Made by a program: the position numbers and the translations under genes. 64,000 nucleotides of DNA from Actinomycetes bacterium (GTDB taxonomy: Bacteria; Actinomycetota; Thermoleophilia; Solirubrobacterales; Solirubrobacteraceae), in NCBI GenBank assembly GCA_021792455.1, contig JAJYUP010000003.1, positions 5,669 to 69,668 on the forward strand, read 5' to 3'. A model generated the notes under the pieces. It worked only from the letters and a program-made list of their open reading frames with translations. It was not told where the DNA came from and did no database searches. Shown here in pieces: positions 31,043-40,397 of this stretch; the stretch's first letter is position 1, and each line of letters opens with the position of its first letter.

Positions 31043-32069
31043 GCGCCTCACGATACGTGATGAGCTCGAAGTGCTGCGCGATCGCCCTGACGATCGGTGC
31101 CGCCCTGCGTCGCGCTGCATTGCGTCGAAGCTCGCGCGCCCGTGCGCGCACCCTCTGGGAGGGGCCTGCGCTGTGTGAGAGCCCGCTGCGCAGCGGCTGA
31201 GGGTCGAGCTCATGCGGGTGCAGGTACAGCGCGGGCATGGAGCCTGCTCTGTGCAGGCCACCGAGGACGACGCTTCGCGGGAGCAGGCTCCAGTAGGAGG
31301 CGCCCCCGACCGGCAGCGGCATTCCTCCGATGCGCCAGACGGCGAGCGGGAGCTCCCAGATGCTGCCGCCCGGCAGCTGCACGAGGTGGGGCGAGGCGCT
31401 TGGCGGCGTGATGCGTCGACGGATGCGCGGAGAGTCGTGCACGCTGGAGTCGTAGTCGAACCCCTCCGCGACGAGAACCTCATAGGCCCAGCGTGCCGAC
31501 TGCGTGATCGAGAAGGCGGGCGCTCTGTAGCCACGAGGAGAGCGACCCGTGATCTGCTCGATCGTCTGGCGCGCGGATCGCAGATCAGCGGAGAGCTCGG
31601 CGATGGTCTGGGTGTGCACGGGCCGATGCTGGTCGCCATGAGATGCGATCTCGTGCCCATCGGCGGCGATGAGCTCGACGAGCTCTGGGTAGGCTCGCGC
31701 TGCGATGCCGAGCACGAAGAAGGTCGCCTTCACGCCGAGCTCGTCGAAGAGGGCGAGCAGCCGGTGCGTCTGGCGTGGCAGCGCGTCCGTGCGCTGGCGC
31801 CAGCCGGCGTCCCCGAGACGCCGGCGGACGAGCTGATGCCAGTCCTCGAAGTCGACGCTGAGCAGCGCTTGGGGACGGGGCTGGCGCTGCGTCTTCACCT
31901 GATGCTGAGGCTGCGCCTGGCACTGCGTCTGCGTCTGATGCTGTGCCTGCGCCTGTTGACGCCGCGCCCCGCTCGCGACCTCCTCGCTCATCGGAGCTCG
32001 GCGTCGGATCGGCTGCGCCGACGATGCGGGCCCCAGAGCTGGGCGGACAGCCCTGAGATCGGTGCTCAT
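30963..32069 (-). CDS. Polysaccharide deacetylase family protein (CE4/NodB, DUF3473-like C-terminus) with Gln-rich N-terminal extension
   Basis: SVDFEDW, ATFFVLG, HEIASHG, GYRAPAFSI, YLHPHELDP; ATGA overlap with the upstream gene. Confidence 0.88.
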   Translation of the reverse strand: MSTDLRAVRPALGPASSAQPIRRRAPMSEEVASGARRQQAQAQHQTQTQCQAQPQHQVKTQRQPRPQALLSVDFEDWHQLVRRRLGDAGWRQRTDALPRQTHRLLALFDELGVKATFFVLGIAARAYPELVELIAADGHEIASHGDQHRPVHTQTIAELSADLRSARQTIEQITGRSPRGYRAPAFSITQSARWAYEVLVAEGFDYDSSVHDSPRIRRRITPPSASPHLVQLPGGSIWELPLAVWRIGGMPLPVGGASYWSLLPRSVVLGGLHRAGSMPALYLHPHELDPQPLRSGLSHSAGPSQRVRARARELRRNAARRRAAPIVRAIAQHFELITYREAHAELEASRCARPGALPNEGEGLRRPL

Positions 32070-33304
32070 GCGCGCTGGGTCGTCGCTTCAGGGCTGGCGT
32101 GCCTCTGCAGCTCGCGCCGGGCGATGCTGAGCTTGTGCACCTCGTCAGGACCGTCTGCGATGCGCAGCGTCCGCACATGCGCATAGGCGGCGGAGAGGCC
32201 GAAGTCCTCGCAGATGCCGGCGCCGCCGTGGACCTGGATGGCGCGGTCTATCACCTTCAGCGCGACGTTCGGGGCAGCAACCTTGATCGCTGCGATCTCG
32301 ACGCGTGCGCCCCTGTTGCCGACCGTGTCCATCAGCCAAGCCGCCTTCAGCGTCAGCAGGCGCGCCATCTCGATCTCGACACGCGACTCAGCGATCCAGT
32401 CCTGGATGTTGCCGCGCGCAGCGAGGGGCTGCCCGAACGTGACCCGGGAGGCGGCGCGCCTGCACATCGCCTGAAGTGCCCTCTCTGCGATTCCGATGCA
32501 GCGCATGCAGTGGTGGATGCGGCCTGGCCCCAGCCTCGCCTGGGCGATCATGAAGCCGTCGCCCTCTCCTCCGATGAGGTTCTCGGCGGGCACCTCGACC
32601 TCCTCGAAGGCGATTTCGGCGTGGCCCTCCTTGTCCTCGTAGCCGAAGACCGGCAGCCCTCGCAGCACCTGAACGCCCGGGGTGTCGATCGGCACGAGGA
32701 TCATGCTCTGCTGGCGGTGGGGAGGCTGATCTGAGCCTGCAGGTGAGGTTCTGCCCATGACGATGAGCAGGCGACAGAGGGGGTGAAGCGCGCCCGATGC
32801 CCACCACTTCCTTCCGTTGAGCAGGAAGCTGTCTCCCCGCCGCTGCATCGAGAGCGCGATGTTCGTCGCATCCGAGCTCGCTGTGTCAGGCTCGGTCATC
32901 GCAAAGGCGGATCGGATCTCGCCTGAGAGCAGCGGCGCAAGCCACTCTCGCTTCTGGCGCTCGCTGCCGAACTGCCGCAGAAGCTCCATGTTGCCGGTGT
33001 CAGGCGCAGAGCAGTTGCATGCCTCCGGTGCGATCGGCGAGCGGCCGAGGATCTCCGCAAGCGGCGCATACTCGACGTTGGAGAGGCCAAGTCCGAGCTC
33101 CTCATCAGGAAGGAACATGTTCCACAGACCCTCCCTCCTCGCGCGCGCCTTGAGCCTCTCCATCACCTCCGGCTGGTGATGGGGGTCGCCCGCCTCGATG
33201 ATCTGCTGCTCGTGGACCTTCTCTGCCGGCAGCACGTGCTCCTCCATGAATGCCTGCAGCTGCCCTGTCAGCTGCAGGCAGCGGTCCGTCGGGTTGAAAT
33301 CCAC
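32066..33304 (-). CDS. Acyl-CoA dehydrogenase
   Basis: NCSAPDTGNME, AMTEP..ASSDATNI, RLGPGRIHHCMR, RIADGPDEVH; GTG 33304 after GGAGG. Confidence 0.94.
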   Translation of the reverse strand: MDFNPTDRCLQLTGQLQAFMEEHVLPAEKVHEQQIIEAGDPHHQPEVMERLKARARREGLWNMFLPDEELGLGLSNVEYAPLAEILGRSPIAPEACNCSAPDTGNMELLRQFGSERQKREWLAPLLSGEIRSAFAMTEPDTASSDATNIALSMQRRGDSFLLNGRKWWASGALHPLCRLLIVMGRTSPAGSDQPPHRQQSMILVPIDTPGVQVLRGLPVFGYEDKEGHAEIAFEEVEVPAENLIGGEGDGFMIAQARLGPGRIHHCMRCIGIAERALQAMCRRAASRVTFGQPLAARGNIQDWIAESRVEIEMARLLTLKAAWLMDTVGNRGARVEIAAIKVAAPNVALKVIDRAIQVHGGAGICEDFGLSAAYAHVRTLRIADGPDEVHKLSIARRELQRHASPEATTQRA

Positions 33305-33390
33305 AGTCTCGCCTCCTGCTGTCGATCGTCGGCCGCCTGCCTTCGCAGACCCTCCGCCTGCCACGATCTCACAGCTTCGCATCTGTCGTA

Positions 33391-33519
33391 TCCGACGGTG
33401 CACGCAGGCTTCCTCGATGCCCCCTCGGGGCCTGAGCGGGGCATCGTCTCCGACGGTGCGCAGGCTTCCTCGATGCCTCCCCTCGGGGCCTCGAGGGGGC
33501 CGTCGTCTCCGACGGTGCG
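33391..33519. repeat. Degenerate 58-59 bp tandem repeat (about 2.2 copies) with internal hairpins, in a divergent intergenic region
   Basis: TCCGACGGTGC recurs at 33391, 33449 and 33508; GATGCCCC..GGGGCATC inverted repeat in unit 1. Confidence 0.85.
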
Positions 33520-33527
33520 GGTAGGCT

Positions 33528-34649
33528 GTGGACGTGCAGGAGCAGAGGTCGTCTGAAAGCAGCTACCGCGACGCCGGCGTCGACTACGACCTGCTCGACG
33601 CGGGCAAGCGCCTCGCGGTCGCCTCCGCCCTGAAGAGCTCGCCGCTGCTTCGCGCGCGGGGCGGGCAGGCGATCGACGCTTCGAGAGGGGAGCCCGCGTT
33701 CGTCTTCCAGCACGGTGGCGCGACGCTCGCGACGGTGATCGAGTGCCTCGGAACGAAGTCGGTGATCGCGCGGGAGGTGCATGAGCAGCTCGGTCTCGAC
33801 GGCTGGTCAGCGGTCGCCTACGACACTGTTGCGGCGATCGTGAACGACCTCTGCTGTGTCGGTGCGCTGCCGCTCGTCGTCTCCGCCTACTTCGCGACGG
33901 GCAGCTCAGAGTGGCACGTCGCAGCCGACCGGAGCGCGTCGCTCGTGAGCGGATGGCTCGAGGCGTGCGAGGAGGCGGGATGCGCGTGGGGCGGGGGGGA
34001 GTCCCCAGCCCTGAAGGGCCTGATCGCCGAAGGGGAGGTGGAGCTCGCAGGCTCGGCGGTCGGCTCGGTCGTGGGCGGCGGCGCGCCGATCCTCGGCGAG
34101 GATCTGCGCCCAGGCGATGAGATCGTGCTGGTCGCCTCGAACGGCCTGCACGCGAACGGCGCCTCGCTCGCGCGCCTCGTCGCATCGCGGCTGCCAGACC
34201 GGTACGAGACGGCCCTGAGCGATGGTCAGAGGCTTGGCGAGGCGCTGCTGAGGCGCTCGCGCATCTACGTGAGGCTCGTCGAGGCGATGCTCTGCGCGGA
34301 CCTGCCGATCTGCTACCTGAGCCACATCACAGGGCATGGCCTGTTGAAGCTGATGCGCGCGAAGGCGTCGCTGACCTATCGCATACGGTGCCTGCCACCT
34401 GCGCCAGAGGTGCTCTCCCTGCTCGTCGAGAACCTCGACATGGATGCGGCGACCGCCTACAGCACCTTCAACATGGGGGTGGGGCTTGCCGTCTACTGCC
34501 GTCCTTCCGCAGGCGCTGAGGTCGCAGCGCTTGCTGCTCGCCTCGGATTCGATGCGGTGCGCGCCGGGGTCGTCGAGGATGGTCCTCGCGAAGTCGTGCT
34601 CGAGCCCGTCGGCGTGCGCTACTCAGGCGAGCGCCTGCGTCTGTCTTGA
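33528..34649 (+). CDS. purM: Phosphoribosylformylglycinamidine cyclo-ligase (AIR synthetase)
   Basis: SYRDAGVD, LGTK, NDLCCVGALP, GGESP, SNGLHANG, HITGHG, TFNMGVG. Confidence 0.85.
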   Translation: MDVQEQRSSESSYRDAGVDYDLLDAGKRLAVASALKSSPLLRARGGQAIDASRGEPAFVFQHGGATLATVIECLGTKSVIAREVHEQLGLDGWSAVAYDTVAAIVNDLCCVGALPLVVSAYFATGSSEWHVAADRSASLVSGWLEACEEAGCAWGGGESPALKGLIAEGEVELAGSAVGSVVGGGAPILGEDLRPGDEIVLVASNGLHANGASLARLVASRLPDRYETALSDGQRLGEALLRRSRIYVRLVEAMLCADLPICYLSHITGHGLLKLMRAKASLTYRIRCLPPAPEVLSLLVENLDMDAATAYSTFNMGVGLAVYCRPSAGAEVAALAARLGFDAVRAGVVEDGPREVVLEPVGVRYSGERLRLS

Positions 34650-34770
34650 CGCAACTCTCAGCCTGAAGCTGAAGGTGATGCAGCAGACGCGGCGAGCGAT
34701 CGCTGCCCGTCTGCATGCTGAGGAGACGACTTGGTTGGATGACGATCGTTATCTTGCTGACGGTCGCAAC

Positions 34771-34799
34771 TTGAACAGGTCGGGATGTCGAGGTATCGT
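34771..34799 (+). promoter_or_regulatory. Candidate sigma-70-type promoter for the secreted-protein/mce locus
   Basis: TTGAAC-17 bp-TATCGT about 130 nt upstream of ATG 34929. Confidence 0.45.
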
Positions 34800-34928
34800 T
34801 TGTGGTCAGATTGCCGCTTTCCCTTCAGCCGTCGGCTTGGGGATCTCGATGTCGCCGGACCGTCGAAGGTCGCGAAGCTGCGCGGATCGAGGCGGGTTCT
34901 GTCAACCGAACAGAGGAGAGAAGAGCCG

Positions 34929-35801
34929 ATGCGAAGAGCATCAATCTTTACGGCTGCGTGTGTCGCTCTGGGCTGCGCGCTCCCGGCGGCGGCCACTGCG
35001 GCCCCGACGGTCACGTTCAAAGCGAGGGCCGTGCCAGTCCCGAAGAACCTGACGAGCAAGCACAGCCCAGCCTGGCCGCACACCGGCAACATACTTGGCG
35101 CGCCAGCCGCCGTCGAAGCCACCTTCACGATCAAAGGCAGCGAATACAACGGCTTCCCGGCACCGCTTCGCCAGGTCGTCGTCTACCTGCCGAAAGGCGT
35201 GAAGCTGCACCCCCAGGCCTTCAAGACCTGCCCTGAAAGCTACGTGAAGGCGAACGAGCTGTACAAGTGCCCGAAGGCATCGCTCGCGAGCCCGCCCGGG
35301 GAAGCTCGCGGTGAGGTCCAGTTCGGGACGCAGGCGCCTGTGAAAGAGACCGTGAAGGTGCAGGCCTACTTCCTGCCGAAACGGGGCCTCGGCTTCTGGA
35401 TCGAAGGCAGGGAACCCGTTGTGATCGAAGAAGCGGCGACAGGGCAGATCAAGCCGAGCTCAGGCGCCTTCGGCCTGCGCGAGGTGACTGAAGTGCCGCT
35501 GATCGTGCCGACGACGGATTCGCACGCCGCCTCCGCCGAATACATCAGCGTGAAGATCGGCGCTGCGATGAAGAAGGGCAAGAAGCTGATCTCCTATGGC
35601 ACGATGCCGACGAGCTGTCCAAGGGGTGGATTCCCAGCGAAGGCTGAACTCACGTTTGGCGTGAAGGAAGGCGAAAAGGGTGCCGCAGGCAACTCGCCGA
35701 CGGAAACGGTGAAGGTGACGACGACCGCCCCCTGTCCGAAGGGCTCGGTTGCGAAGGGCAAGGGCCACAAGAAGGGCAAGGGCAAGAAGAAGAAGAAGTA
35801 G
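34929..35801 (+). CDS. Secreted hypothetical protein with paired Cys residues and a poly-Lys C-terminal tail
   Basis: AGAGGAG SD, signal peptide ending ATA-A, four Cys in the mature part, ends KGKGHKKGKGKKKKK, triple TAG stop. Confidence 0.8.
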   Translation: MRRASIFTAACVALGCALPAAATAAPTVTFKARAVPVPKNLTSKHSPAWPHTGNILGAPAAVEATFTIKGSEYNGFPAPLRQVVVYLPKGVKLHPQAFKTCPESYVKANELYKCPKASLASPPGEARGEVQFGTQAPVKETVKVQAYFLPKRGLGFWIEGREPVVIEEAATGQIKPSSGAFGLREVTEVPLIVPTTDSHAASAEYISVKIGAAMKKGKKLISYGTMPTSCPRGGFPAKAELTFGVKEGEKGAAGNSPTETVKVTTTAPCPKGSVAKGKGHKKGKGKKKKK

Positions 35802-35972
35802 TAGTAGAGGAGAGATGATGCCGCCGGGGCGCTGGAGCGCCCCGGCGGGGTCGCGCAGAGGCGGCGTGGGGGCGGCTCTGACCATCAGGCAAGAGCTGCC
35901 CCCACCGTCGCTCGGGATCGATGAGCCCGGATTGGGGACCAAGGAAGGATCGGGGACCGAGGAAGTGTCGGG

Positions 35973-37655
35973 GTGAACAGCAAGAGCGGCGGGCGGCGGA
36001 AGGGTGCAGCAGCGGCGGGACTCGCGGCCGCCGCACTCATCGCAGGCGTGGTTGCGTTCCTGCTGCTCGCGGCGCCAGGCGGCTCGAACGGGTCCTACAC
36101 CGTGCGTGCGATCTTCGACGATGCCGCGAACCTGACGGTCGGCGAGGACGTGAAGATCGCGGGGGCGAAGGTCGGCAAGGTCGGCACCGTCGAACCGACG
36201 CCAGAAGGCAAGGCGGCCGTTTCGCTGCACATCGAAAACCCCGGCTTTCAGGATTTCCGCGCCGACGCCAGCTGCGAAATCGCGCCCCAATCGCTGCTCG
36301 GCGAGCAGTACGTCAACTGCTCGCCGACCCAGCCCCGTCCCGAAGGCGCACCGCTTCCACCGCCCCTGAAACGCATCCCTTCGGGCAGGCCCGGCGCAGG
36401 GCAGTGGCTGCTGCCGCTGGCGAACACCTCGAGCCCAGTTGGCGTCGACCAGCTCCAGAACATGACACGCATGCCAGAAGAGCAGCGCCTTCGCATCATC
36501 CTGAACGAACTGGGCGCGACCTTCGCCGACCGCGGACCGGAGCTCCACGAAGTGATTCTGCGGGCGAACCCTGGGCTGAAGGAGTTGGAAAAGGTCCTCG
36601 ACATCTTCGCAAGCCAGAACAAGCTGCTTGCGAACCTCGCCGTCGAATCGAACAGGGCGCTTGCGCCGATCGCCGCCGACCGCGCGCACGTCGAAGGCTT
36701 CATCACCCACAGCAGCGAAGTCTCAGCGGCGAGCGAGCGCCATCTGCCCGAACTGGAAGAAGACCTGAAGGGCTTCCCCGCATTTTTGCGCCAGCTCGGG
36801 CCCGCGACCGAACGGATCGGCCAGTTCGCGGAAGCAACGACCCCGACTGCGAAGGCGCTGAGCACGGCCGCCCCGGCGATCGACAGGGCCTTCGAAGACC
36901 TGCCGGCGTTCTCACGCAGCTCGAGCAGCTATCTGATCAGCCTCGGCAGCACAGCGAAGGTGACAGGCCCGGCGCTGAAGGCGGCGACGCCCCTTCTGAA
37001 CCGCCTGGAGGCGCTGGGCGCCGCGAGCAGGCCGTTCGCGTCGAGCTTCGCCGAACTGCTCGCAGGCAAGCACGGGATTCGGGAAACGGGCGGGCTCGAG
37101 CGCATCATGGACTTCATCTATCTCGGCGCGGGGACGACGAACGGCTACGACAAGCTCGGACACTTCCTGCGCGCGGAGGTGGTGGGAGACATCTGCGTCA
37201 GCTACGTGACGAAGCCGAACGGCACCTGCCCTGCGACCTTCCACGGCGAAGCGGGCTCTGTGCCCGCAGGCGAAGAACGGGCGCCGTCGCGGGGGCGCCA
37301 CGGGCGCGCAGCGGCTGCATCGAGCGGCGAGCATGGGGCATCCGCATCGAGCGGCGAACCTGCCTCAGCCAGCTCGCGCACCGCGGATTCTGCCGCGTTT
37401 GCGAAGGCGCGTTCAGTGCGCAGCGGCGGGCTGATCGCTGAGCGCACGATCGCCGTCCTGGAAGGCGCAAGCCCTGCGCAGGCGATCGCGGAGTTCCCCG
37501 GTCCTGAAGAAGGTGCGCCCTCGAAGCACTCAGGCCAGCCAACACGAGCGGCGACGCCTGTCGGCGGCGCCGCCTCAAAGACGACCTACTACACGCCTGG
37601 GCAGGAACCCGCCGGCGTGAGCGCACGGCTCCTCGAATATCTGCTTGGCGGATGA
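35973..37655 (+). CDS. MlaD/Mce family protein 1
   Basis: N-terminal TM, GEDVKIAGAKVGKV, SLLGEQYV, long helical region. Confidence 0.9.
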   Translation: MNSKSGGRRKGAAAAGLAAAALIAGVVAFLLLAAPGGSNGSYTVRAIFDDAANLTVGEDVKIAGAKVGKVGTVEPTPEGKAAVSLHIENPGFQDFRADASCEIAPQSLLGEQYVNCSPTQPRPEGAPLPPPLKRIPSGRPGAGQWLLPLANTSSPVGVDQLQNMTRMPEEQRLRIILNELGATFADRGPELHEVILRANPGLKELEKVLDIFASQNKLLANLAVESNRALAPIAADRAHVEGFITHSSEVSAASERHLPELEEDLKGFPAFLRQLGPATERIGQFAEATTPTAKALSTAAPAIDRAFEDLPAFSRSSSSYLISLGSTAKVTGPALKAATPLLNRLEALGAASRPFASSFAELLAGKHGIRETGGLERIMDFIYLGAGTTNGYDKLGHFLRAEVVGDICVSYVTKPNGTCPATFHGEAGSVPAGEERAPSRGRHGRAAAASSGEHGASASSGEPASASSRTADSAAFAKARSVRSGGLIAERTIAVLEGASPAQAIAEFPGPEEGAPSKHSGQPTRAATPVGGAASKTTYYTPGQEPAGVSARLLEYLLGG

Positions 37656-40393
37656 TGAGAGCCTGCTGCGACAGATCTCGCCAGTGGCTCTCAGGGCTTG
37701 CGATCGCGACCATGCTGAGCGCGGTGAGCCTCGCTGCATGCGCGGCGTCCACTGCGGAGGCCTCTGCCGATGGGTTGATCCTCGGCTCAGGCGGCCCCTT
37801 CGCGACACCGGAGATCGTGGAGGCCGCAGGCTCGCACATCTCGACCTCGAGGGCGGACAGCGCGAGCTCGAGGTCGAGCAGAGCAGGGACTGCGAGAAGC
37901 AGCGAAACGGCGACGAGCACCGCGGCCTCGAGCTCGAGCACGACGGAATCAGGTTCGAGCACCTCCTCGAGCACGACGAGCACGACGAGCACGACGAGCA
38001 CGGCGACCACGACGAGCACGACGAGCACGACGAGCACGGCGACCACGACGAGTGCGACGAGCACGACGAGCGAACGCAGTGAAGTGAGCACGTCGACGGG
38101 GACGAGCTCGACGACTTCGCAGGCCGAAGGGGAGGCGCCAGGCGCAGCGGGGTCCCCGGGCCTCACCTCGGCTGAGAGCACGAGCACGGCGACCACGACC
38201 GTCACGACTGCGGGCAGCCGCTCGGGGTCTTCTGAGGAAGGGCAGAGGGCGAAGCCCGGCGGCGGCAGCGGTGCGAGCCGCACCGCCGGGACCGCGAAAG
38301 GGCAGAGCCTCAGCGGCGTGAAGCGCGGCGCAGGCACCCGCGCCGCAGGGCAGAGCGGCGAAGGCGCGAGCACGGGAGCGGTGAGCCTCGGCACGCCGCC
38401 GCTGCCCTTCTCGCTGCGCGCGCCGATCACAGGAGTCCCCGCCTTCTTCATCGAAACTCTGAGCGTGCCGCCGTTCCTGCTGCCGATCTATGAGGCGGCA
38501 GGAATCGCCTACGACGTTCCTTGGGAGGTGCTCGCGGCGATCAACGAAGTCGAGACCGACTACGGCCGCGACCTGAGCATCTCGAGCGCCGGCGCGGAGG
38601 GCTGGATGCAGTTCCTGCCGCAGGAGTGGCGGATCTACGGAGTCGACGCGACAGGCAGCGGCTACGCCGACCCGTACAACCCCGCAGACGCGATCTTCGC
38701 GGCAGCTCGGTATCTCGCCGCCGCCGGTGGAAGCTCCCACATCCGCGCGGCGGTATACGCCTACAACCACTCCGAGGCATACGTCGCAGCGGTGATGATG
38801 CGCGCGCAGCTGCTCGCAGGGATGCCGCCGCAGCTGCTCTCCGCCCTGATGAGCCTGACCGAAGCACGCTTTCCGGTGCACGCCCCCGCGCACTTCTCCG
38901 ACGGCTTCCCTGAGGTGGCCTCGCCGAAGGGTCACCTTCACCCGATCGCAGGGACGACGATCTACAGCGTGCCGAGGGCCCCAGTGATCGCGGTCGCGGA
39001 CGGCACGATCACCGCGATCGGGCGATCAAGGGCGCTTGGTCTCTACGTGCGGCTGAGGGACGCCTACGGCAACCGCTACACCTACGCCGACCTCGGCAGC
39101 ATCGCAGGTCTCTACCCGGTGCTCTCGCCGCGCAGGCTGCTTCCGGCGCGGAGCAGGCGGCTGCCAGTCGGCCCGCCGCCGAAGGCGCCGGCGAGCGCGG
39201 GCGTGCAGCGCCACTCCCCGCTGAGCGAAGCAGCGACGAGGTCAGGACTGGCCTTTGGGCTCGTCGAAGCGCTGCGAGAGCCCCCAAGGGGGATCTCAGC
39301 GAGCGGTGGGCGGCAGCGGCCTCTGAGCAGAGCGGCGCGAGAGCAGTCCCGAAGCTTCACCGCCGGCATCGAGCGCGTGACCCTGCGCCCGCTGAAGGTC
39401 GGCGCCCACGTGATCGCAGGCACGATCCTCGGGCACCTCGCCGGTGGGGGCGATGGCCACCCTGGAAGCGGGGTGCAGCGTGGAGGCGAAGGGCACCTCG
39501 AAGGCGGCGGTGAAGCACACATGCTCTTCCAGATACAACCCGCCGGAGCCGGCCTGATCGATCCGAAGCCGATCCTCGACGGCTGGGTCGCGCTCGAAGA
39601 CACGCAGATATTCAAAGCGAAGGGCGAGAACCCCTTCTTTGCCACCTCACCGACCCCTGGCCAGGCGCTGTTGGAGTCCGCGGGCCAGCTGCAGCAGCAG
39701 GTGCTGCGCAACAGGGGGATCCGGCTGGAGGGCTGCATGCGGGCGGAGGTGGCGGGCGGTGCGATGGAGCGGCAGGTGCTCGCGATGCTCGAGCTGCTGT
39801 CGGTTTCAGGGTTGAACCCGACGGTGAGCGGCAGAGGCTGCAAAGCGCTGCGGGCGTCTCTGCGACCTGGCGCTCGCTTCGGCGTGAGCGCAGCTTCCAA
39901 CGATGGGCCAAGCGCGCGGAGCAGCGGCGCTGCAGCAACCGCGCTCGCGCTGCAGCCAAGCGCCGCCGCAGGGTCGGCGCTGAGGCGGGCGGCGAGTGGC
40001 GAGACGGTCGTGATCACCGCGATAAACGGCCTGCCCGTCGCCTCACAGACAGGGCTTGGCGGCCTCGACGACGCCGTAGAGCGCAAGCTGATCGGCCTGC
40101 AGGCGACGATGAAGCCTGCGGCGATCGCGGGACCGGTGCGCTACCCAAGCGCAGAAGGCGTCGACATCGAACACGCCGCGCGCTCGCTGAGGGTCTCCTT
40201 CGCGCCGCCAGTTGCGGGCGGCAGGTCGAGCGGCGCGGTCGCTGCCGCCGCAAGCGCGAGCTCAGGGCTCTCTGCCTCGGCGTGGCAGGCGCTGATCGCG
40301 CGACTCGCGCAGATCCCAAGCCCTGCGGTTGCGAGCACTCCGAGCGCAGCGGCGATCCCAGATGCGCAGCTTGGGAGTGAAGGGGGCCCCTGA
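37652..40393 (+). CDS. Secreted lytic transglycosylase fused to a degenerate M23-like domain, with Ser/Thr-rich linker
   Basis: VPWEVLAAINEVET, AGAEGWMQF, AAARYL, YAYNHS (SLT); PVIAVADG..YTYADL and AHMLFQI (M23 fold without the metal ligands). Confidence 0.85.
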   Translation: MMRACCDRSRQWLSGLAIATMLSAVSLAACAASTAEASADGLILGSGGPFATPEIVEAAGSHISTSRADSASSRSSRAGTARSSETATSTAASSSSTTESGSSTSSSTTSTTSTTSTATTTSTTSTTSTATTTSATSTTSERSEVSTSTGTSSTTSQAEGEAPGAAGSPGLTSAESTSTATTTVTTAGSRSGSSEEGQRAKPGGGSGASRTAGTAKGQSLSGVKRGAGTRAAGQSGEGASTGAVSLGTPPLPFSLRAPITGVPAFFIETLSVPPFLLPIYEAAGIAYDVPWEVLAAINEVETDYGRDLSISSAGAEGWMQFLPQEWRIYGVDATGSGYADPYNPADAIFAAARYLAAAGGSSHIRAAVYAYNHSEAYVAAVMMRAQLLAGMPPQLLSALMSLTEARFPVHAPAHFSDGFPEVASPKGHLHPIAGTTIYSVPRAPVIAVADGTITAIGRSRALGLYVRLRDAYGNRYTYADLGSIAGLYPVLSPRRLLPARSRRLPVGPPPKAPASAGVQRHSPLSEAATRSGLAFGLVEALREPPRGISASGGRQRPLSRAAREQSRSFTAGIERVTLRPLKVGAHVIAGTILGHLAGGGDGHPGSGVQRGGEGHLEGGGEAHMLFQIQPAGAGLIDPKPILDGWVALEDTQIFKAKGENPFFATSPTPGQALLESAGQLQQQVLRNRGIRLEGCMRAEVAGGAMERQVLAMLELLSVSGLNPTVSGRGCKALRASLRPGARFGVSAASNDGPSARSSGAAATALALQPSAAAGSALRRAASGETVVITAINGLPVASQTGLGGLDDAVERKLIGLQATMKPAAIAGPVRYPSAEGVDIEHAARSLRVSFAPPVAGGRSSGAVAAAASASSGLSASAWQALIARLAQIPSPAVASTPSAAAIPDAQLGSEGGP
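37968..38072 (+). repeat. 9-bp (AGCACGACG)n minisatellite encoding a Ser/Thr linker
   Basis: Repeated ACGACGAGC units giving STTSTTSTT. Confidence 0.9.
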
Positions 40394-40397
40394 GTCG

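Noticed and set aside
33391-33519. CRISPR-like repeat array
   Set aside because: The intervening sequences are copies of each other, there are only about 2 units, and no cas genes are present.
37645-38082. His/Asp/Glu-repeat ORF (HDEHDEHGD) resembling a metal-binding protein
   Set aside because: Alternate frame of the 9-bp Ser/Thr linker repeat inside the transglycosylase gene.
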